From Candidatus Daviesbacteria bacterium (GTDB taxonomy: Bacteria; Patescibacteriota; Microgenomatia; Daviesbacterales; UBA10151): a stretch of DNA of 64,000 nucleotides. Below the pieces are notes generated by a model. That model was not told where the DNA came from and searched no databases. It saw only the letters and a program-made list of their open reading frames with translations. The DNA lies in NCBI GenBank assembly GCA_016184225.1, contig JACPDA010000005.1, positions 3,590-67,589 of the forward strand, written 5' to 3'. Position numbers and translations under genes: made by a program. Positions 56,833-64,000 of the stretch are shown here, one piece after another (positions within the stretch are counted from its first letter, which is position 1; each line of letters opens with the position of its first letter).

Positions 56833-56864
56833 TCGCTATCGCGACTCAATGTAACCAGAAAAAT

Positions 56865-56893
56865 TTGACATGAGTCATGAGAATTGTTAATAT
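56865..56893 (+). promoter_or_regulatory. Sigma-70-like promoter TTGACA-17-TAATAT driving the T-box leader
   Basis: Seen in sequence. Confidence 0.5.
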
Positions 56894-56899
56894 AATAAT

Positions 56900-57144
56900 G
56901 TTAATAAAAGCGTTGAAGTTTGGTTTCCCGCCAAACAAGCTGCATACGATGAGTATGACGGAAGGATACCGTAAAAATAAATCCAAAGTGTGTCGGTAAC
57001 GGAGCACTAACAAGAAGTTTCTTGGAAGTTACTCCACCGCAAGGTGGATTTTTTAAGGCAAGAAATTAAAAACAAGGTGGTAACGCGAGAAGCCTCGCCC
57101 TTGTCCCGAACCAAGAAGGTTCAGGATTGGGGGGAGGTTTTTTT
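56900..57144 (+). ncRNA. T-box riboswitch-like leader: T-box sequence AAGGTGGTAACGCGAG at 57074-57089, terminator helix plus T7 run at 57092-57144; upstream of GNAT-proS
   Basis: T-box consensus core GGTGGNACCGCG recognised by eye (here GGTGGTAACGCG); alternative terminator hairpin followed by TTTTTTT immediately before the ATG; an AGTA box in the putative stem I. Confidence 0.5.
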
Positions 57145-57564
57145 ATGGTCAGAAAAGCAAAAAGATCAGATTTAAATAAAATTCTCAGGCTCTTAAAATA
57201 TGGGGCTAGCAGCGGCAAAGTTTTAACCAGGTCTAAGTCTGATATGCTGCAAAACATTAATAACTTCTTTGTTTGTGTGGAAGACAACTTAGTTATTGGT
57301 TGTGTTAGTTTGGATATCTATAGTCCAAAACTGGCAGAGATCAGGTCTTTAGTGGTTGATTTCGCTTACCAACGGAAAGGAATTGGATCCTTGCTGGTGC
57401 AAACTTGTTTGATGGAAGCTAAAAAACAAGGAATTTTTGAAATTTTGGCTATTACGGATAAAGATCAATTTTTTAAAGGATTGGGCTTTAGAAAAAGCAT
57501 AGAGGAAAAACATCCTATGTTCCTGAAGTTAGATGTTGGGTATAATAAAAGAGAGGTGATATGA
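57145..57564 (+). CDS. GNAT-family N-acetyltransferase (amino-acid N-acetyltransferase-like)
   Basis: ...VVDFAYQRKGIGSLLVQ... acetyl-CoA binding motif. Confidence 0.65.
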   Translation: MVRKAKRSDLNKILRLLKYGASSGKVLTRSKSDMLQNINNFFVCVEDNLVIGCVSLDIYSPKLAEIRSLVVDFAYQRKGIGSLLVQTCLMEAKKQGIFEILAITDKDQFFKGLGFRKSIEEKHPMFLKLDVGYNKREVI

Positions 57565-58817
57565 AATACTCAAGACTGTTTCCTAAAACTTTAAAACAGG
57601 TTCCGAGCGGAGCAGAGTCCTTAAACCACCAACTCTTAGTAAGAGCCGGATTTATCCATCAGGAAATGGCCGGGGTTTATACCTATTTGCCTTTAGGTTG
57701 GAAGGTGTTGGATAAAATTTCAGATATTGTCCGGGAAGAGATGAATGCTATTGGTGGGCAAGAGATATTCATGCCGGTTCTCCACCCCGGCGAAAATTGG
57801 AAGAAAACCGGGAGATTCAAAAGTTTTGATGTGTTATATAAATTAAAAGGAGCCGGGGATAAAGACTTGGTGCTTGGTCCTACCCATGAGGAAATCATCT
57901 ATCCTTTGCTTGCCGAGTATATAAATTCTTATAAAGATTTACCGCTTTATTTGTATCAAATCCAGACCAAATTCCGTGATGAGCCCAGGGCAAAAGCAGG
58001 CCTGCTCCGTGGCCGTGAATTTTTGATGAAAGATTTATACAGTTTTCATACCGACGATGATGACAGGGATGAGTATTACAAAAAAGTCCGAGAAGCATAT
58101 TTCAAAATTTTTAAAAGGATAGGGATTCCAGTTGTAAAGACAAAAGCCAGCGGGGGAACTTTTTCTGATCTTTCCGAAGAATTTCAGACACTTACTCCTT
58201 CAGGAGAAGATACAGTATTTGTCTGCAGCAAATGCGGGGCTGCTTTTAACGAAGAAATTATCAAAGGCAAAAATTGTCTTGATTGCGGTGGGGATTTGAA
58301 AAAAGAGAAGGCAATTGAGGTGGGAAATATTTTTCCGCTGAAGCGGGCATACGCAGAGGTCTTCAATCTGTATTTTACTGATAAGGCAGGAGAAAAGAGA
58401 ATTGTCTCTGCCGGCTGTTTTGGTCTGGGGATTTCCAGAACAATGGGAGCAATTGTAGAGGTTTCCCATGATGAGAAGGGAATTATCTGGCCGGAAAGCG
58501 TAGCTCCGTTTAAGGTTCATATAGTGGGGTTGGATCTGGAAGATAAAACAGTTATGGGTGAAGCTGAAAAGATTTACAAATTGCTTCAAGTCGCAGATCC
58601 TGAGCGTAGTCGAAGGACTGAAGGTGTGGAGGTATTGTTTGATGACAGGGTTAATGTGTCTGCCGGAGTTAAATTTGCAGATGCAGACCTAATTGGAATT
58701 CCATATCGGGTGGTTGTTTCCAAAAAGACTGGAGATAAATTAGAGGTGAAGAAAAGATCGGGAAAAGAAACGATGTTTAAAACTTTAGAGCAGCTGGTTG
58801 ATATAGTTTGTTCTTAA
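57561..58817 (+). CDS. proS: Prolyl-tRNA synthetase (short form without a large editing insertion)
   Basis: MKYSRLFPKTLKQVPSGAESLNHQLLVRAGFIHQ...YTYLPLGWKV... class II motifs; C-terminal anticodon-binding domain. Confidence 0.85.
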   Translation: MKYSRLFPKTLKQVPSGAESLNHQLLVRAGFIHQEMAGVYTYLPLGWKVLDKISDIVREEMNAIGGQEIFMPVLHPGENWKKTGRFKSFDVLYKLKGAGDKDLVLGPTHEEIIYPLLAEYINSYKDLPLYLYQIQTKFRDEPRAKAGLLRGREFLMKDLYSFHTDDDDRDEYYKKVREAYFKIFKRIGIPVVKTKASGGTFSDLSEEFQTLTPSGEDTVFVCSKCGAAFNEEIIKGKNCLDCGGDLKKEKAIEVGNIFPLKRAYAEVFNLYFTDKAGEKRIVSAGCFGLGISRTMGAIVEVSHDEKGIIWPESVAPFKVHIVGLDLEDKTVMGEAEKIYKLLQVADPERSRRTEGVEVLFDDRVNVSAGVKFADADLIGIPYRVVVSKKTGDKLEVKKRSGKETMFKTLEQLVDIVCS

Positions 58818-58909
58818 ATTCGACGATCGTACACCATATTGTCATTAAAGTTGGCGATGCATTTCGTAGTTGAAGCCTAGTATTTTATATGATAGGATGC
58901 TGGTAAAAT

Positions 58910-59314
58910 ATGGTAGAACAGCGAACAGAACTACACAATATCGAGCGGGGGGGGTCAGCATGTCACCCGCAATCCCTTCGACGGCCTAACCTCCCGATTG
59001 AAACCGTGTCTATAAACGCTCGTCATAGCGAAACTGGATGTGCATGTATGTTATGTGGAGGTCAAACGGAAAATATCTTCGGATCGGAGGAGTGTTGGGG
59101 GAAACACAACATAATCGAAGCTCCGCAGGTCCCATTTTACAAGTGTGGGCAATGCGGACTTGAGACAGCGGAGCTCAACGCAGTTGTGGAGTTCCTTTCC
59201 CTAGCACTCAAGAAAATGTTGGAAGTGGGCGACAGATCCACTGCCAGCGCCCTCCGACAGGAATTGAAGGCCGGTCTCAAGCATCAAAAACTCTTCAACG
59301 AATCTGCCAGGTGA
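58910..59314 (+). CDS. Hypothetical protein with two CxxC pairs (zinc-ribbon-like)
   Basis: CMLCGG...CGQCG; composition appears GC-richer. Confidence 0.3.
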   Translation: MVEQRTELHNIERGGSACHPQSLRRPNLPIETVSINARHSETGCACMLCGGQTENIFGSEECWGKHNIIEAPQVPFYKCGQCGLETAELNAVVEFLSLALKKMLEVGDRSTASALRQELKAGLKHQKLFNESAR

Positions 59315-59371
59315 GCTAAAGAGGTGAGCCATTGATTTTGGGCTCTATTTCTGGTACATTACCATCCATCA

Positions 59372-60493
59372 ATGATAGCTAAAAATATTGTTAAACAGCC
59401 AAAATCAATAGTTGAAGTAACGATTACTGTTCCCTGGAGTGATTTGCAGGTAACTTGGGATGCTACTCTGCAGCGAATGGCCGGCGAAGTTGAGTTGTCC
59501 GGTTTTAGAAAAGGGCAAGCGCCGCTTCCCATGGTAGAAGGCCAACTGGGAGTTAAACTTCAAGATGAGGTTTTGAAAGTAGCCATGCCCAATTTTCTAA
59601 TTGAAGCATTGAAAGGCACAGATATTATCCCGATTGATTATCCAAAATATGACCTGGTTTCTTTTGTGAAAGGCCAACAGTTGCAGTTTAAGGCAACCAT
59701 TACCAACAGGCCTGCCGTAACTGTCGGAAATTACAAAACTATAAAAGTTGCAAGACCGGCTCCAAAATCCGTTACTGAAGAAGAAGTCCAGAAAGTGATT
59801 GATGATTTATTTAAGAGATGGCAGACTAGGAATCCTATCAACAAGCAGGATTCTGGAGTCGCTGGCGCTCCCCAGAATGACAAAGCAGGACAAACTGGGT
59901 CGATTAGTTTTCAGGGGGGCAATCCTTCGGCAAGCTCAGGACCTGCGGCATCGGTCAATGGTCAGGCAGATGCGCCAAATGATGAGTTTGCCAAAGCCAT
60001 GGGAGCTTTAAGTTTGTCAGACTTAAAATCCAAAATCAGAAAAGACTTGGAATCCAATGTTACTTATAACAATGAATTAGATTTTGAAGAGGCGATTTTA
60101 CAGGAAGTAGAAAAAATGACAACAGTAGAACTGCCGGAAATTCTCATACAAGATGAATTAAACAGGATGTTGGTGTCTTTGCAAAGACGCGTGGCGGATA
60201 TGGGGCTTTTACTGGAGGATTACTTAAAAAGCCAAGGGAAAACTTTAGAGCAAATTAAAAGTGAGTGGAGGGTGCAGGCTGAGAAAAATGTCAGGATGGA
60301 ACTGGGTCTGGCGGAAGTGGCCAGGATGGAGAATGTGACAATTTCTGACAACGAACTCCAGGCAGAAGTAGATAAAATTCAGGACAATAAGGTTAAACAG
60401 CAATTTGAGGCTCAAGAACCAAGATTACATTTAAGACACGCTTTGCGACAAACCAGGACCCTGGATCTTCTCAAAAAGATGGTGGGAGGATAA
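59372..60493 (+). CDS. tig: Trigger factor-like chaperone lacking the PPIase domain, with a low-complexity insert
   Basis: N-terminal ribosome-binding domain ...ELSGFRKGQAPLPMVEGQLG... Confidence 0.7.
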   Translation: MIAKNIVKQPKSIVEVTITVPWSDLQVTWDATLQRMAGEVELSGFRKGQAPLPMVEGQLGVKLQDEVLKVAMPNFLIEALKGTDIIPIDYPKYDLVSFVKGQQLQFKATITNRPAVTVGNYKTIKVARPAPKSVTEEEVQKVIDDLFKRWQTRNPINKQDSGVAGAPQNDKAGQTGSISFQGGNPSASSGPAASVNGQADAPNDEFAKAMGALSLSDLKSKIRKDLESNVTYNNELDFEEAILQEVEKMTTVELPEILIQDELNRMLVSLQRRVADMGLLLEDYLKSQGKTLEQIKSEWRVQAEKNVRMELGLAEVARMENVTISDNELQAEVDKIQDNKVKQQFEAQEPRLHLRHALRQTRTLDLLKKMVGG

Positions 60494-60825
60494 TGGATGA
60501 TTGTATTTTTTGTAAGATAATCAGAAAAGAAATACCAAAGGAGTTCTCCTTTGAATCCGATACTTTGGTGGCTTTTCCGGATATCAACCCATCCGCAGAT
60601 ATTCATATTTTGATTGTGCCAAGAGAGCATATTGGCGGGATAGCAGATTTGAACGAGTCACACGGTAAATTGCTTACTGAAATTTACAAAGCAGTTAACC
60701 AGTTGGTAAAAAGTAATAATCTGCAAGATGATTTATACAGGGTAGTCGTGAATGGGGGAAAAGCGCAACATGTGCCTCATTTACATTTTCATCTTTTAGG
60801 TGGACAATGGAAAAAGATGGTCTGA
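60493..60825 (+). CDS. HIT-family (histidine triad) protein
   Basis: HVPHLHFHLL histidine-triad motif. Confidence 0.85.
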   Translation: MDDCIFCKIIRKEIPKEFSFESDTLVAFPDINPSADIHILIVPREHIGGIADLNESHGKLLTEIYKAVNQLVKSNNLQDDLYRVVVNGGKAQHVPHLHFHLLGGQWKKMV

Positions 60826-60854
60826 AGTTTAAACAAAAAGGAGGTGTTTTTTAA

Positions 60855-61052
60855 TTGAGTATTGTTGTCAAAGCAGGTCCGGGTGACAACACGGATTCTG
60901 TGATTAGAAAATTCCAAAAAAGAGTTGTAGCAGAAGGAATAGTTCAAGAAATTAGGGACAGGTCTGTTTATAGAAAACCATCTGAGCTTCGCCAAGAATA
61001 TCTAGCGGAGAAACGGCGAAAAATTATGCGGGCAAAAAGGTATAGTAGATAA
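60855..61052 (+). CDS. rpsU: 30S ribosomal protein S21 (TTG start behind an AAGGAGGTG SD)
   Basis: ...RKFQKRV...EIRDRSVYRKPSE...RRK... S21 pattern. Confidence 0.85.
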   Translation: MSIVVKAGPGDNTDSVIRKFQKRVVAEGIVQEIRDRSVYRKPSELRQEYLAEKRRKIMRAKRYSR

Positions 61053-61059
61053 ATACGCT

Positions 61060-61515
61060 ATGTTACTTGAAGAGTTACAAGCCGATTTAAAAAATGCTCA
61101 ACTGGCTCGTGACGCAGTTAAAGTTTCTACCCTAAGATTACTCTTGTCGGAAGTTAAAAACAAAGAAATTGAGAAGGGTAATCCGCCAGCTGGCGGATTA
61201 TCTGATGATGACATAATTTCTATTGTCCAACGGGAAGTGAAGAAAAGAAAAGAAGCGGCAGCAGGCTTTAGGTCCGGTGGCAGAGAGGAATCAGCGGTGC
61301 GGGAAGAAGCTGAACTTAAGGTTTTGGAGGCTTACCTTCCGGCACAGATGGGTAGTGAGGAGTTGACTAAACTAGTGGAAGAGACTATAAATGAGTTGGG
61401 GGCAAGCTCGCTTGCAGATATGGGGAAGGCAATAGGAGCGGTAATGAGTAAGACTAAGGGGCGGACTGATGGTGGGACGGTAAGTAATTTAGTAAGAGAA
61501 AAGCTGTCAAAATAA
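61060..61515 (+). CDS. GatB/YqeY domain protein
   Basis: YqeY family sequence. Confidence 0.8.
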   Translation: MLLEELQADLKNAQLARDAVKVSTLRLLLSEVKNKEIEKGNPPAGGLSDDDIISIVQREVKKRKEAAAGFRSGGREESAVREEAELKVLEAYLPAQMGSEELTKLVEETINELGASSLADMGKAIGAVMSKTKGRTDGGTVSNLVREKLSK

Positions 61516-61516
61516 T

Positions 61517-61933
61517 ATGGTTAATATCATCGTAAATTCAGACCCAAGATACAATATCAATAAGGCAAGCATCAGGGCTACAGTTTCGGAAATACTCGGA
61601 AAGCTTCGCATCTCCGGCCGTATTGAATTAGGGATTAATATTGTGGGGGATCGGAAGATGCACGAGCTTAATCGGAAATACCGAGGATTAGATACAACCA
61701 CCAACATTTTGTCTTTCGCCTTGGAAGACCCAACCCAACCTGCCAGCTTGCAACATGTTCCAAGAGTTGGTTTTGTGGCAGCACCCGATAAATGGTTAAG
61801 GTTAGGGGATATTGTTATTTCATACCCTCAAGCAGTCGAAGATGCTTCACTTGAGGGTATCTCTGTAGATGAAGAGGTGAAATACTTAGTGGAGCATGGG
61901 GTAAATCATCTCTTGGGAGTTCACCATAATTAA
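61517..61933 (+). CDS. ybeY: Endoribonuclease YbeY (rRNA maturation factor)
   Basis: ...ILSFAL... and HGVNHLLGVHH zinc-binding motif. Confidence 0.8.
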   Translation: MVNIIVNSDPRYNINKASIRATVSEILGKLRISGRIELGINIVGDRKMHELNRKYRGLDTTTNILSFALEDPTQPASLQHVPRVGFVAAPDKWLRLGDIVISYPQAVEDASLEGISVDEEVKYLVEHGVNHLLGVHHN

Positions 61934-63540
61934 TGGGAAATATAGCTTATTATTTAAAGTACCGCCCCCAGAGCCTTGACGACCTAATAGGTCAAGAGGT
62001 TGTAAAAAAAACACTTCTTTCGTCTTTTCAAAACAATAAGCTAGCTCATGCCTACCTTTTTAGAGGTCCCCGAGGTACAGGTAAAACATCCACTGCCAGA
62101 ATTTTGGCCAAGATGGTTAATTGTGAGTTAGCTCGTGATTCGTTTAACATTCCATGCAACAAATGTCCTACATGTATTTCAATGACCGATGGATCCAACC
62201 TGGATTTAATTGAGATTGATGCTGCCTCTAACCGTGGCATAGAAGATATTAGGTCTTTGCGGGATAAAATTAAACTTGCTCCAACAAGTTCGAAGAAAAA
62301 AGTATACATCATTGATGAAGTTCATATGTTAACTATGGAAGCTTTTAATGCCCTTCTTAAGACTTTGGAGGAACCCCCTGAGCATGCTTTGTTTATTCTG
62401 GCAACGACCGAAGTCGGGAAAATCCCGCAGACTATCCTATCTAGGGTACAACGGTTGGATTTTAAATTGGCTAAACCCCAGGAGATTTCGGAGGCACTAA
62501 GAAAAATTATCAAAGAGGAAAAAATCGATATTGAGGAGGAAGCACTTAAGATTTTGGTAAAGCGTGCAGATGGCAGTTTTAGAGACGGAGTAAAATTCTT
62601 GGATCAGGTAAGTTCTGAAAGAAACAAAATTACAGCCAAATCTTTGGAAGAAAATTTAAAACCAACCCAATTCGAAGACCTCTTTCTGCTGATAAAAAAT
62701 TTTTCGGAAAAGGATGCAGCCAAGAGTTTGCTTAGTGTTTCAAAACAAATTGACAGTGGGGTAGAGGTTAAAGAGTTGATGTTGTCCTTAATGGATATTT
62801 TGCGAAGCTTGGTATTTATTAAAAACGGACTGGGGGGGCAATTAGTAGAACCTCAATTCACAGAAGACAAATATGAGGAAGTTGTAATGTTGTCTGCTAA
62901 TTTTTCCAATCAGGATTTAGTAAAGATGCTGGATATTTTGCAGAAAGCTATGGAAAAATTGAAGTTTGCTTTAATTCTGTCATTGCCGCTGGAGTTGGCG
63001 GTGGTAGAGATATGCGGGGAACAGTCGTCAGTCATCAGTCCCGACGAATTTCATTCATCGAGGATCCTCGAGAATCGGGATCGTCAGTCATCAGCAAAGG
63101 AAGCATCAGTACGAGAGAAATTAGATGTTGGAAGCGAGAAGTTAGATGAAGAAGTTAGAAATTCTAATCTCCAACATCCAATATCTAATGATGATATCCT
63201 CAAGCTTAAGGAGAAGTGGACTTTTGTATTGGAGACTGTCCGATCATTTAATTATTCCTTAGAAGCGCTTCTGAGGTCTGTGAATATTACTGAATGTAGC
63301 GAGGACGCAGTCATAATGGAAGTTCCGTACTCTTTCCATCAAAGAATCCTGGAAGCTCCTAAAAATAGGGATCTTTTAGAAGGGGTGTTTTCCGATATTT
63401 TAGGAAGAACTATTAGAATCTCGGTCAGTTTAGGTAACCGTCCCGAAAGGCGCGAAGACATCGCCAATATAGAATTAGCAGCAGATGATGAAATTATCCG
63501 GGCCGCTGCCGAAATCTTCAATTCCGATACTATTAATTAA
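61933..63540 (+). CDS. dnaX: DNA polymerase III subunit gamma/tau; linker region carries an in-frame family-A repeat block (63030-63095)
   Basis: LFRGPRGTGKTSTARILAKMVNC Walker A, a C4 zinc module, DEVHML sensor region. Confidence 0.9.
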   Translation: MGNIAYYLKYRPQSLDDLIGQEVVKKTLLSSFQNNKLAHAYLFRGPRGTGKTSTARILAKMVNCELARDSFNIPCNKCPTCISMTDGSNLDLIEIDAASNRGIEDIRSLRDKIKLAPTSSKKKVYIIDEVHMLTMEAFNALLKTLEEPPEHALFILATTEVGKIPQTILSRVQRLDFKLAKPQEISEALRKIIKEEKIDIEEEALKILVKRADGSFRDGVKFLDQVSSERNKITAKSLEENLKPTQFEDLFLLIKNFSEKDAAKSLLSVSKQIDSGVEVKELMLSLMDILRSLVFIKNGLGGQLVEPQFTEDKYEEVVMLSANFSNQDLVKMLDILQKAMEKLKFALILSLPLELAVVEICGEQSSVISPDEFHSSRILENRDRQSSAKEASVREKLDVGSEKLDEEVRNSNLQHPISNDDILKLKEKWTFVLETVRSFNYSLEALLRSVNITECSEDAVIMEVPYSFHQRILEAPKNRDLLEGVFSDILGRTIRISVSLGNRPERREDIANIELAADDEIIRAAAEIFNSDTIN

Positions 63541-63575
63541 ATTTACCCTTGACAATTTAAGGTTACTGACTGACA

Positions 63576-64000
63576 ATGGTTTCTTCCATGGCATCCAAGG
63601 TTTTTAAATTAATTGCTGAAGAAGCCCGTCGTCAAAAGTATGGCTTGGAGATGATCCCTTCTGAAAATTATGTATCTTCTAATGTGTTAAGAGCCCTAGG
63701 TTCCATACTTACCAACAAATACTCGGAAGGTTTCCCTGGCAGAAGGTATTATGGTGGAAATGAGGTTATAGATAAGATAGAAAACTATGCTCAAGATTTA
63801 GCCAAAAAATTATTCGGTGTTCCTGTTGCGCTGGTTCAATCCTATTCCGGATCTCCTGCTAATATGGCAATAACCATGGCAGTTTGTAATCCCAGAGATA
63901 TAGTCATGGGACTTTCATTATCTTCCGGCGGGCATTTAACTCACGGCGCTCATTTAAGCTTCTCCAGTATTTTTTATACGGCTGTTAATTACTCGGTTGG
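63576..64000 (+). CDS. glyA: Serine hydroxymethyltransferase, N-terminal part (runs off the window end)
   Basis: ...GLEMIPSENYVSSNVLRALGSILTNKYSEGFPGRRYYGG... Confidence 0.9.
   Translation, partial: MVSSMASKVFKLIAEEARRQKYGLEMIPSENYVSSNVLRALGSILTNKYSEGFPGRRYYGGNEVIDKIENYAQDLAKKLFGVPVALVQSYSGSPANMAITMAVCNPRDIVMGLSLSSGGHLTHGAHLSFSSIFYTAVNYSV

Noticed and set aside
56900-57144. Assigning the T-box specifier codon
   Set aside because: The stem I specifier loop could not be folded unambiguously by eye. A proline specifier is expected from proS but is not demonstrated.

Overview
This 64 kb window reads as a low-GC, gene-dense bacterial chromosome segment with reduced-genome features: a short EF-Ts, a trigger factor with no PPIase domain, a short ProRS, and no pyrH between tsf and frr. 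It may belong to a Candidate Phyla Radiation (Patescibacteria)-like organism; that is inference from gene content and cannot be confirmed here. Core housekeeping content: a secE-nusG-rplK-rplA cluster, tRNA-Trp, rpmG, two tRNA-Thr, the cell-shape genes mreB and mreC-mreD-mrdA, a class A PBP, dprA, a membrane-anchored Clp ATPase, topA, a thymidylate block (pyrG-tmk-dcd-dcd/dut-thyA-folA), pyrD/pyrE/pyrF, rpsB-tsf-frr-rseP, a T-box-led GNAT-proS operon, tig, a HIT protein, rpsU, yqeY, ybeY, dnaX and the start of glyA. Accessory content: two vapBC-type toxin-antitoxin pairs, a decayed higB fragment beside an intact higA, four Avd-like four-helix-bundle paralogs, and three paralogs of a small wHTH plus Cas2-like-fold (PaaX-like) protein, each flanked by its own ~30 bp direct repeat. 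There is also a radical SAM/SPASM gene broken by a -1 frameshift in a G7 run, a 563 aa protein with a RelE/ParE-like C-terminus, and a small-protein/retropepsin/sigma-region-4 plus alpha-CTD locus. The most unusual signal is a set of repeat families built from tandem 7-nt units. Two families form palindromic elements that fill entire stop-to-start spacers inside operons, and the same units occur in frame inside intact genes (topA, dnaX, dprA, thyA, the pyrD-like gene, a dcd-like gene and the O-antigen-ligase-like gene). A nearly identical 48 nt palindromic motif sits just upstream of two pyrimidine genes. No CRISPR array, rRNA gene or classical IS/transposase was seen.
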